DNA from: the human T2T-CHM13v2.0 reference genome, Homo sapiens
Direction: 5' to 3' (one strand)
Assembly: GCF_009914755.1 (NCBI RefSeq)
Contig: NC_060927.1
Length of the DNA: 64,000 bases
The translations under genes and the position numbers were made by a program. Positions 1 to 15,000 of this stretch are shown one piece after another (the stretch's first letter is position 1; every line of letters starts with the position of its first letter). A model generated the notes under the pieces. The model searched no databases, was not told where the DNA came from, and worked only from the letters and a program-made list of their open reading frames with translations.

Positions 1-3000
1 CATAAAATGTGAAATTACATCAAATATATATTATATTAGGTACATAAAATATGAAAGTACATCAAATATAGATTATATACTGTACATTAAATACCAATAT
101 ACCCCAAATATATATTTTATACTGTACATGAAATATCAAAGTTCACAAACTATATATTATATACTGTATATAAAATATCAAAGTACACCAGATATATATT
201 TTATAGTGTACATAAAATATCAAAGTACCCAAACTATAAATTATATACTGAACATAAAATATGAGATTACATCAAATATATATTATATTAGGTACATAAA
301 ATATGAAAGTACATCAGATATAGATTATATACTGTACATACAATATCAAAGTACCCCAAATATATATTATATACTCTACATGAAATATCAAAGTTCACAA
401 ACTATATATTATATACTGTACATAAAATATCAAAGTACCCAAGGTATATATTCTATACTGTACAAAAAATATCAAAATACCCAAAGCATGTATTATATAC
501 TGTATATAAAATATGAAAATACATTAAATATATATTTTTTCTGTACATAAAATATCAAACTACACCAGATATATATTCTATAGTGTACATAAAATAACAA
601 AGTACACAAACTATAAATTATATACTGTACGTAAAATATGAAATTACATCAAATATATATTAGGTACATAAAATATGAAAGTACATCAAATATAGATTAT
701 ATACTGTACATATAATATCAATGTACCCCAAATATATATTTTATACTCTACATGAAATATCAAAGTTCACAAACCATACATTATATACTTTCCATAAAAT
801 ATCAAAGTACCCATGGCATATATTCTATACTGTACAAAAGATATCAAAGTACCCAAAGCATGTATTATATACTGTACATAAAATATGAAAGTACATCAAA
901 TATATATTTTATTCTGTACATAAAATATCAAAGTACACCAGATATATATTCTATAGTGTACATAAAATATCAAAGTACCCAAACTATATATTATATACTG
1001 TACATAAAATATGAAATTACATCAAGTATGTATTATATTAGGTACATAAAATATGAAAGTACATCAAATATAGATTATATACCGTACATAAAATATCAAA
1101 GTACCCCAAATATATATTATATACTATACATGAAATGTCAAATATCACAAACTATATATTATATACTGTACATAAAATATCAAAGTACCCAATGTATATA
1201 TTCTATAGTGTACAAAAAATATCAAAGTACCCAAAGCATGTATTATATACTGTACATAAAATATAAAAGTACATCAAATATATATTTTATTCTGTACATA
1301 AAATATGAAAGTACACCAGATATATATTCTATAGTGTACATAAAATATCAAAGTACCCAAACTATACATTATATACTGTACATAAAATATGAAATTACAT
1401 CAAATATATATTATATTAGGTACTTAAAATATGAAAGTACATCAAATATAGATTATATACTGTACATAAAATATCAAAGTACCCCAAATATATATTATAT
1501 ACTGTACATGTAATATCAAAGTTCTCAACTATATATTACATACTGTACATAAAATATCAAAGTACCCTAGGTATATATTCTATACTGTACAAAAAATATC
1601 AAAGTACCCAAAGCATGTATTATATACTGTACATAAAATATGAAAGTACATCAAATATATATTTTATTCTGTACATAAAATATCAAAGTACACCAGATAT
1701 ATATTCTATAGTGTATATAAAATATCAAAGTACCCAAATTATACATTATATACTGTACATAAAATGTGAAATTACATCAAATATATATTATATTAGGTAC
1801 ACAAAATATGAAAGTACATGAAGTATAGATTATATACTGTACATAAAATATCAAAGTACCCCAAATTTATATTATATACTATACATGAAATATCAAAGTT
1901 CACAAACTATATATTATATACTGTACATAAAATATCAAAGTACCCAAGGTATATATTCTATAGTGTACAAAAAATATCAAAGTACCCAAAGCATGTATTA
2001 TATACCGTACATAAAATATAAAATTACATCAAATATATATTTTATTCTGTACATAAAATATCAAAGTACACCAGATATATATTCTATAGAGTACATAAAA
2101 TATCAAAGTACCCAAACTATACATTACATACTGTACATAAAATATGAAATTACATCAAATATATATTATAATAGGTACATAAAATATGAAAGTACATCAA
2201 ATATAGATTATATACTGTACATTAAATACGAAAGTACCCCAAATATATATTTTACACTGTACATGAAATATTAAAGTACCCAAGGTATATATTCTATACT
2301 GTACAAAAAATATCAAAGTACCCAAAGCATGTATTACAAACTGTACATAAAATATGAAAGTCCATCAAATATATATTTTATTCTGTACATAAAATATCAA
2401 AGTACACCAGATATATATTCTATAGTGTACATAAAATATCAAAGTACCCAAACTATACATTATATACTGTACATAAAATATGAAATTACATCAAATATAT
2501 ATTATATTAGGTACATAAAATATGAAAGTACATCAAATATAGATTATATACTGTACATTAAGTACCAAAGTACCCCAAATATATATTTTATACTGTACAT
2601 GAAATATCAAAGTTCACAAACTATATATTATATACTGTACATAAAATATCAAAGTACCCAAGATATATATTCTATACTGTACAAAAAATATCAAAGTACC
2701 CAAAGCATGTATTATATACTGTACATAAAGTATGAAAGTACATCAAATATATATTTTATTCTGTACATAAAATATCGAGGTACACCAGATATATATTCTA
2801 TAGTGTACATAAAATATCAAAGTACCCAAACTATAAATTATATACTGTACATAAAATATGAAATTACATCAAATATATATTATATTAGGTACATAAAATA
2901 TGAAAGGACATCAAATATAGATTATATACTCTACATTAAATACCAAAGTACCCCAAATATATATTTTATACTGTACATGAAATATCAAAGTTCACAAAGT

Positions 3001-6000
3001 ATATATTATATACTGTACATAAAATATCAAAGTACCCAAGGTATATATTCTATACTGTACAAAAGATATCAAAGTACCCAAAGCATGTATTATATACTGT
3101 ACATAAAATATGAAAGTACATCATATATATATTTTATTCTGTACATAAAATATTAAAGTACACCAGATATATATTCTATAGTGTACATAAAATATCAAAG
3201 TACCCAAACTATACATTATATACTGTACATAAAATATGAAATTACATCAAATATATATTAAGTACATAAAATATGAAAGTACATCAAATATGGATTATAT
3301 ACTGTACATAAAATATCAATGTACACCAAATATATATTATATACTCTACATGAAATATCAAAGTTCACAAACTATATATTGTATACTGTCCATAAAATAT
3401 CAAAGTACCCAAGGTATATATTCTATACTGTACAAAAAATATCAAAGTACCCAAAGGATGTATTATATAATGTACATAAAATATGAAAGTACATCAAATA
3501 TATATTTTATTCTGTACATAAAATATCAAAGAACACCAGATATATATTCTATAGTGTACATAAAATATCAAAGTACCCAAACTATACATTATATACTGTA
3601 CATAAAATATGAAATTACATCATATATATATTAGGTACATAAAATATGAAAGTACATCAAATATATATTTTATTCTGTACATAAAATATCAAAGTACACC
3701 AGATATATATTCTATAGTGTACATAAAATAACAAAGTACACAAACTATAAATTATATACTGTACATAAAATATGAAATTACATCAAATATATATTAGGTA
3801 CATAAAATATGAAAGTACATCAAATATAGATTATATACTGTACATATAATATCAATGTACCCAAAATATATATTTTATACTCTACATGAAATATCAAAGT
3901 TCACAAACCATATATTGTATACTGCACATAAAATATCAAAATACCCAAGGTATATATTCTATACTGTACAAAAAATATCAAAGTACCCAAAGCAGGTATT
4001 ATATACTGTATATAAAATATGAAAGTACATCAAATATATATTTTATTCTGTACATAAAATATCAAAGTACACCAGATATATATTCTATAGTGTACATAAA
4101 ATATCAAGGTACCCAAACTATACATTATATACTGTACATAAAATATGAAATTACATCAAATATATATTATATTAGGTACATAAAATACGAAAGTACATCA
4201 AATATAGATTATATACTGTACATAAAATATCAAAGTACCCCAATATATATTATATACTGTACATGAAATATCAAAGTTCACAAACTATATATTATGTACT
4301 GTACATAAAATATCAATGTACCCAAGGTATATATTCTATACTGCACAAAAAATATCAAAGTACCCAAAGCATGTATTATATACTGTATATAAAATATGAA
4401 AGTACATCAAATATATATTTTATTCTGTACATAAAATATCAAAGTACACCAGATATATATTCTATAGTGTACATAAAATATCAAAGTACCCAAACTATAC
4501 ATTATATACTGTACATAAATATGAAATTACATCAAATATATATTATATTAGGTACATAAAATATGAAAGTACATGAAGTATAGATTATATACTGTAGATA
4601 AAATATCAAAGTACCCCAAATTTATATTATATACTATACATGAAATATCAAAGTTCACAAACTATATATTATATACTGTACATAAAATATCAAAGTACCC
4701 AAGGTATATATTCTATAGTGTACAAAAAATATCAAAGTACCCAAAGCATGTATTATATACCGTACATAAAATATAAAATTACATCAAATATATATTTTAT
4801 TCTGTACATAAAATATCAAAGAACACCAGATATATATACTATAGTGTACATAAAATATCAAAGTACCCAAACTATACATTATACACTGTACATAAAATAT
4901 GAAATTACATCAAATATATATTAGGTACATAAAATATGAAAGTACATCAAATATAGATTATATACTGTAAATATAATATCAATGTACCCCAAATATATAT
5001 TTTATACTCTACATGAAATATCAAAGTTCACAAACCATATATTATATACTGTACATAAAATATCAAAGTACCCAAGGTATATATTCTATACTGTACAAAA
5101 AATATCAAAGTACCCAAAGCATGTATTATATACTGTATATAAAATATGAAAGTACATCAAATATATATTTTATTCTGTACATAAAATGTCAAAGTACACC
5201 AGATATATATTCTATAGTGTACATAAAATATCAAAGTACCCAAACTATACATTATATACTGTACATAAAATATGAAATTACATCAAATATATATTAAGTA
5301 CATAAAATATGAAAGTACATGAAGTATAGATTATATACTGTACATAAAATATCAAAGTATCCCAAATTTATATTATATACTATACATGAAATATCAAAGT
5401 TCACAAACTATATATTATATACTGTACATAAAATATCAAAGTACCCAAGGTATATATTCTATAGTGTACAAAAAATATCAAAGTACCCAAAGCATGTATT
5501 ATACACCGTACGTAAAATATAAAATTACATCAAATATATATTTTATTCTGTACATAAAATATCAAAGTACACCAGATATATATACTATAGTGTACATAAA
5601 ATATCAAAGTACCCAAACTATACATTATACACTGCACTTAAAATATGAAATTACATCAAATATATATTAGGTACATAAAATATGAAAGTACATCAAATAT
5701 AGATTATATACTGTAAATATAATATCAATGTACCCCAAATATATATTTTATACTCTACATGAAATATCAAAGTTCACAAACCATATATTATATACTGTAC
5801 ATAAAATATCAAAGTACCCAAGGTATATATTCTATACTGTACAAAAAATATCAAAGTACCCAAAGCATGTATTATATACTGTACATAAAATATGAAAGTA
5901 CATCAAATATATATTTTATTCTGTACATAAAATATCAAAGTACACCAGATATATATTCTATAGTGTACATAAAATAACAAAGTACACAAACTATAAATTA

Positions 6001-9000
6001 TATCCTGTACATAAAATATGAAATTACATCAAATATATATTAGGTACATATAATATGAAAGTACATCAAATATAGATTATATACTGTACATTAAGTACCA
6101 AAGTACACCAAATATATATTTTATTCTGTACATAAAATATCAAAGTACACCAGATATATATTCTATAGTGTACATAAAATATCAAAGTACCCAAACTATA
6201 CATTATATACTGTACATAAAATATGAAATTACATCAAATATATATTATATTAGGTAAATGAAATATGAAAGTACATCAAATATAGATTATATACTGTACA
6301 TAAAATATGAAAGTACCCCAAATATATATTATATACTCTACATGAAATATCAAAGTTCACAAACTATATATTATATACTGTACATAAAATATCAAAGTAC
6401 CCAAGGTATATATTCTATACTGTACAAAAAATATCAAAGTATCCAAAGCATGTATTATATACTGTATATAAAATATGAAATTACATCAAATATATATTTT
6501 ATTCTGTACATAAAATATCAAAGTACACCAGATATATATTCTATAGTGTACATAAAATATCAAAGTACCCAAACTATACATTATATACTGTACATAAAAT
6601 ATGAAATTACAGCAAATATATATTATATTAGGTACATAAAATATGAAAGTACATCAAATATAGATTATATACTGTACATTAAATACCAAAGTACCCCAAA
6701 TATATATTTTATACTGTACATGAAATATCAAAGTTCACAAATTATATATTATATACTGTACATAAAATATCAATGTACCCAAGGTATATATTCTATACTG
6801 CACAAAAAATATCAAAGTACCCAAAGCATGTATTATATACTGTATATAAAATATGAAAGTACATCAAATATATATTTTATTCTGTACATAAAATATCAAA
6901 GTACACCAGATATATATTCTATAGTGTACATAAAATATCAAAGTACCCAAACTATACATTATATACTGTACATAAAATATGAAATTACATCAAATATATA
7001 TTATATTAGGTACATAAAATACGAAAGTACATCAAATATAGATTATATACTGTACATAAAATATGAAAGTACCCCAATATATATTATATACTCTACATGA
7101 AATATCAAAGTTTACAAACTATATATTATGTACTGTACATAAAATATCAAAGTACCCAAGGTATATATTCTATACTGTACAAAAAATATCAAAGTACCCA
7201 AAGCATGTATTATATAATGTACATAAAATATGAAAGTACATCAAATATATATTTTATTCTGTACATAAAATATCAAAGAACACCAGATATATATTCTATA
7301 GTGTACATAAAATATCAAAGTACCCAAACTATACATTATATACTGTACATAAAATATGAAATTACATCAAATATATATTATATTAGGTACATAAAATATG
7401 AAAGTACATCAAATATAGATTATATACTGTAAATATAATATCAATGTACCCCAAATATATATTTTATACTCTACATGAAATATCAAAGTTCACAAACCAT
7501 ATATTATATACTGTACATAAAATATCAAAGTACCCAAGGTATATATTCTATACTGTACAAAAAATATCAAAGTACCCAAAGCATGTATTATATACTATAC
7601 CTAAAATATGAAAGTACATCAAATATATATTTTATTCTGTACATAAAATATCAAAGTACACCAGATATATATTCTACAGTGTACATAAAATATCAAAGTA
7701 CCCAAACTATACATTATATACTGTACATAAAATATGAAATTACATCAAATATATATTATATTAGGTACATAAAATACGAAAGTACATCAAATATAGATTA
7801 TATACTGTACATAAAATATCAAAGTACCCCAATATATATTATATACTGTACATGAAATATCAAAGTTCACAAACTATATATTATGTACTGTACATAAAAT
7901 ATCAAAGTACCCAAGGTATATATTCTATACTGTACAAAAAATATCAAAGTACCCAAAGCATGTATTATATAATGTACATAAAATATGAAAGTACATCAAA
8001 TATATATTTTATTCTGTACATAAAATATCAAAGTACACCAGATATATATTCTATAGTGTACATAAAATATCAAAGTACCCAAACTATACATTATATACTG
8101 TACATAAAATATGAAATTACATCAAATATATATTATATTAGGTACATAAAATACGAAAGTACATCAAATATAGATTATATACTGTACATAAAATATGAAA
8201 GTACCCCAATATATATTATATACTCTACATGAAATATCAACGTTCACAAACTATATATTATGTACTGTACATAAAATATCAAACTACCCAAGGTATATAT
8301 TCTATACTGTACAAAAAATATCAAAGTACCCAAAGCATGTATTATATAATGTACATAAAATATGAAAGTACATCAAATATATATTTTATTCTGTACATAA
8401 AATATCAAAGAACACCAGATATATATTCTATAGTGTACATAAAATATCAAAGTACCCAAACTATACATTATATACTGTACATAAAATATGAAATTACATC
8501 AAATATATATTATATTAGGTACATAAAATATGAAAGTACATCAAATATAGATTATATACTGTAAATATAATATGAATGTACCCCAAATATATATTTTATA
8601 CTCTACATGAAATATCAAAGTTCACAAACCATATATTATATACTGTACATAAAATATCAAAGTACCCAAGGTATATATTCTATACTGTACAAAAAATATC
8701 AAAGTACCCAAAGCATGTATTATATACTGTATATAAAATATGAAAGTACATCAAATATATATTTTATTCTGTACATAAAATATCAAAGTACACCAGATAT
8801 ATATTCTATAGTGTACATAAAATAACAAAGTACACAAACTATAAATTATATCCTGTACATAAAATATGAAATTACATCAAATATATATTAGGTACATAAA
8901 ATATGAAAGTACATCAAATATAGATTATATACTGTACATTAAGTACCAAAGTACACCAAATATATATTTTATTCTGTACATAAAATATCAAAGTACACCA

Positions 9001-12000
9001 GATATATATTCTATAGTGTACATAAAATATCAAAGTACCCAAACTATACATTATATACTGTACATAAAATATGAAATTACATCAAATATATATTATATTA
9101 GGTAAATGAAATATGAAAGTACATCAAATATAGATTATATACTGTACATAAAATATCAAAGTACCCCAAATATATATTATATACTGTACATGAAATATCA
9201 AAGTTCACAAACTATATATTATGTACTGTACATAAAATATCAATGTACCCAAGGTATATATTCTATACTGTACAAAAAATATCAAAGTACCCAAAGCATG
9301 TATTATATAATGTACATAAAATATGAAAGTACATCAAATATATATTTTATTCTGTACATAAAATATCAAAGAACAGCAGATATATATTCTATAGTGTACA
9401 TAAAATATCAAAGTACCCAAACTATACATTATATACTGTACATAAAATATGAAATTACATCATATATATATTAGGTACATAAAATATGAAAGTACATCAA
9501 ATATATATTTTATTCTGTACATAAAATATCAAAGTACACCAGATATATATTCTATAGTGTACATAAAATAACAAAGTACACAAACTATAAATTATATACT
9601 GTACATAAAATATGAAATTACATCAAATATATATTAGGTACATAAAATATGAAAGTACATCAAATATAGATTATATACTGTACATATAATATCAATGTAC
9701 CCGAAATATATAATTTATACTCTACATGAAATATCAAAGTTCACAAACCATATATTGTATACTGCACATAAAATATCAAAATACCCAAGGTATATATTCT
9801 ATACTGTACAAAAAATATCAAAGTACCCAAAGCAGGTATTATATACTGTACATAAAATATGAAAGTACATCAAATATATATTTTATTCTGTACATAAAAT
9901 ATCAAAGTACACCAGATATATATTCTATAGCGTACATAAAATATCAAAGTACACAAACTATACATTATATACTGTACATAAAATATGAAATTACATCAAA
10001 TATATATTATATTAGGTACATAAAATATGAAAGTACATCAAATATAGATTATATACTGTAAATATAATATCAATGTACCCCAAATATATATTTTATACTC
10101 TACATGAAATATCAAAGTTCACAAACTATATATTATATACTGTCCATAAAATATCAAAGTACCCAAGGTATATATTTTATACTGTACAAAAAATATCAAA
10201 GTACCCAAAGCATGTATTATATACTATACCTAAAATATGAAAGTACATCAAATATATATTTTATTCTGTACATAAAATATCAAAGTACACCAGATATATA
10301 TTCTACAGTGTATATAAAATATCAAAGTACCCAAACTATACATTATATACTGTACATAAAATATGAAATTACATCAAATATATATTATATTAGGTACATA
10401 AAATATGAAAGTACATGAAGTATAGATTATATACTGTACATAAAATATCAAAGTACCCCAAATTTATATTATATACTATACATGAAATATCAAAGTTCAC
10501 AAACTATATATTATATACTGTACATAAAATATCAAAGTACCCAAGGTATATATTCTATAGTGTACAAAAAATATCAAAGTACCCAAAGGATCTATTATAT
10601 ACCGTACGTAAAATATAAAATTACATCAAATATATATTTTATTCTGTACATAAAATATCAAAGTACACCAGATATATATACTATAGTGTACATAAAATAT
10701 CAAAGTACCCAAACTATACATTATACACTGCACATAAAATATGAAATTACATCAAATATATATTAGGTACATAAAATATGAAAGTACATCAAATATAGAT
10801 TATATACTGTAAATATAATATCAATGTACCCCAAATATATATTTTATACTCTACATGAAATATCAAAGTTCACAAACCATATATTATATACTGTACATAA
10901 AATATCAAAGTACCCAAGGTATATATTCTATACTGTACAAAAAATATCAAAGTACCCAAAGCATGTATTATATACTGTACATAAAATATGAAAGTACATC
11001 AAATATATATTTTATTCTGTACATAAAATATCAAAGTACACCAGATATATATTCTATAGTGTACATAAAATATCAAAGCACCCAAACTATACATTATATA
11101 CTGTACATAAAATATGAAATTACATCAAATATATATTATATTAGGTACATGAAATTTGAAAGTACATCAAATATAGATTATATACTGTACATAAAATATG
11201 AAAGTACACCAAATATATATTATATACTCTACATGAAATATCAAAGTTCACAAACTATATATTATATACTGTACATAAAATATCAAAGTACCCAAGGTAT
11301 ATATTCTATACTGTACAAAAAATATCAAAGTATCCAAAGCATGTATTATATACTGTATATAAAATATGAAAGTACATCAAATATATATTTTATTCTGTAC
11401 ATAAAATATCAAAGTACACCAGATATATATTCTATAGTGTACATAAAATATCAAAGTACCCAAACTATACATTATATACTGTACATAAAATATGAAATTA
11501 CAGCAAATATATATTATATTAGGTACATAAAATATGAAAGTACATCAAATATAGATTATATACTGTACATTAAATACCAAAGTACCCCAAATATATATTT
11601 TATACTGTACATGAAATATCAAAGTTCACAAACTATATATTATATACTGTACATAAAATATCAATGTACCCAAGGTATATATTCTATACTGCACAAAAAA
11701 TATCAAAGTACCTAAAGCATGTATTATATACTGTATATAAAATATGAAAGTACATCAAATATATATTTTATTCTGTACATAAAATATCGAAGTACACCAG
11801 ATATATATTCTATAGTGTACATAAAATATCAAAGTACCCAAACTATACATTATATACTGTACATAAAATATGAAATTACATCAAATATATATTATATTAG
11901 GTACATAAAATACGAAAGTACATCAAATATAGATTATATACTGTACATAAAATATCAAAGTACCCCAATATATATTATATACTGTACATGAAATATCAAA

Positions 12001-15000
12001 GTTCACAAACTATATATTATGTACTGTACATAAAATATCAAAGTACCCAAGGTATATATTCTATACTGTACAAAAAATATCAAAGTACCCAAAGCATGTA
12101 TTATATAATGTACATAAAATATGAAAGTACATCAAATATATATTTTATTCTGTACATAAAATATCAAAGTACACCAGATATATATTCTATAGCGTACATA
12201 AAATATCAAAGTACACAAACTATACATTATATACTGTACATAAAATATGAAATTACATCAAATATATATTATATTAGGTACATAAAATATGAAAGTACAT
12301 CAAATATAGATTATATACTGTAAATATAATATCAATGTACCCCAAATATATATTTTATACTCTACATGAAATATCAAATTTCACAAACCATATATTATAT
12401 ACTGTACATAAAATATCAAAGTACCCAAGGTATATATTCTATACTGTACAAAAAATATCAAAGTACCCAAAGCATGTATTATATACTGTACATAAAATAT
12501 GAAAGTACATCAAATATATATTTTATTCTGTACATAAAATATCAAAGTACACCAGATATATATTCTATAGTGTACATAAAATATCAAAGTACCCAAACTA
12601 TACATTATATACTGTACATAAAATATGAAATTACATCAAATATATATTATATTAGGTAAATGAAATATGAAAGTACATCAAATATAGATTATATACTGTA
12701 CATAAAATATGAAAGTACCCCAAATATATATTATATACTCTACATGAAATATCAAAGTTCACAAACTATATATTATATACTGTACATAAAATATCAAAGT
12801 ACCCAAGGTATATATTCTATACTGTACAAAAAATATCAAAGTATCCAAAGCATGTATTATATACTGTATATAAAATATGAAAGTACATCAAATATATATT
12901 TTATTCTGTACATAAAATATCAAAGTACACCAGATATATATTCTATAGTGTACATAAAATATCAAAGTACCCAAACTATACATTATATACTGTACATAAA
13001 ATATGAAATTACAGCAAATATATATTATATTAGGTACATAAAATATGAAAGTACATCAAATATAGATTATATACTCTACATTAAATACCAAAGTACCCCA
13101 AATATATATTTTATACTGTACATGAAATATCAAAGTTCACAAACTATATATTATGTACTGTACATAAAATATCAATGTACCCAAGGTATATATTCTATAC
13201 TGCACAAAAAATATCAAAGTACCCAAAGCATGTATTATATACTGTATATAAAATATGAAAGTACATCAAATATATATTTCATTCTGTACATAAAATATCA
13301 AAGTACACCAGATATATATTCTATAGTGTACATAAAATATCAAAGTACCCAAACTATACATTATATACTGTACATAAAATATGAAATTACATCAAATATA
13401 TATTATATTAGGTACATAAAATACGAAAGTACATCAAATATAGATTATATACTGTACATAAAATATGAAAGTACCCCAATATATATTATATACTCTACAT
13501 GAAATATCAAAGTTCACAAACTATATATTATGTACTGTACATAAAATATCAAACTACCCAAGGTATATATTCTATACTGTACAAATAATATCAAAGTACC
13601 CAAAGCATGTATTATATAATGTACATAAAATATGAAAGTACATCAAATATATATTTTATTCTGTACATAAAATATCAAAGAACACCAGATATATATTCTA
13701 TAGTGTACATAAAATATCAAAGTACCCAAACTATACATTATATACTGTACATAAAATATGAAATTACATCATATATATATTAGGTACATAAAATATGAAA
13801 GTACATCAAATATATATTTTATTCTGTACATAAAATATCAAAGTACACCAGATATATATTCTATAGTGTACATAAAATAACAAAGTACACAAACTATAAA
13901 ATATGTACTGTACATAAAATATGAAATTACATCAAATATATATTAGGTACATAAAATATGAAAGTACATCAAATATAGATTATATACTGTACATATAATA
14001 TCAATGTACCCGAAATATATATTTTATACTCTACATGAAATATCAAAGTTCACAAACCATATATTGTATACTGCACATAAAATATCAAAATACACAAGGT
14101 ATATATTCTATACTGTACAAAAAATATCAAAGTACCCAAAGCAGGTATTATATACTGTATATAAAATATGAAAGTACATCAAATATATATTTTATTCTGT
14201 ACATAAAATATCAAAGTACACCAGATATATATTCTATAGTGTACATAAAATATCAAGGTACCCAAACTATATATTATATACTGTACATAAAATATGAAAT
14301 TACAGCAAATATATATTATATTAGGTACATAAAATATGAAAGTACATCAAATATAGATTATATACTGTACATTAAATACCAAAGTACCCCAAATATATAT
14401 TTTATACTGTACATGAAATATCAAAGTTCACAAACTATATATTATATACTGTACATAAAATATCAATGTACCCAAGGTATATATTCTATACTGCACAAAA
14501 AATATCAAAGTACCCAAAGCATGTATTATATACTGTATATAAAATATGAAAGTACATCAAATATATATTTTATTCTGTACATAAAATATCAAAGTACACC
14601 AGATATATATTCTATAGTGTACATAAAATATCAAAGTACCCAAACTATACATTATATACTGAACATAAAATATGAAATTACATCAAATATATATTATATT
14701 AGGTACATAAAATACGAAAGTACATCAAATATAGATTATATACTGTACATAAAATATGAAAGTACCCCAATATATATTATATACTGTACATGAAATATCA
14801 AAGTTCACAAACTATATATTATGTACTGTACATAAAATATCAAAGTACCCAAGGTATATATTCTATACTGTACAAAAAATATCAAAGTACCCAAAGCATG
14901 TATTATATACTGTACATAAAATATGAAAGTACATCAAATATATATTTTATTCTGTACATAAAATATCAAAGTACACCACATATATATTCTGTAGTGTACA

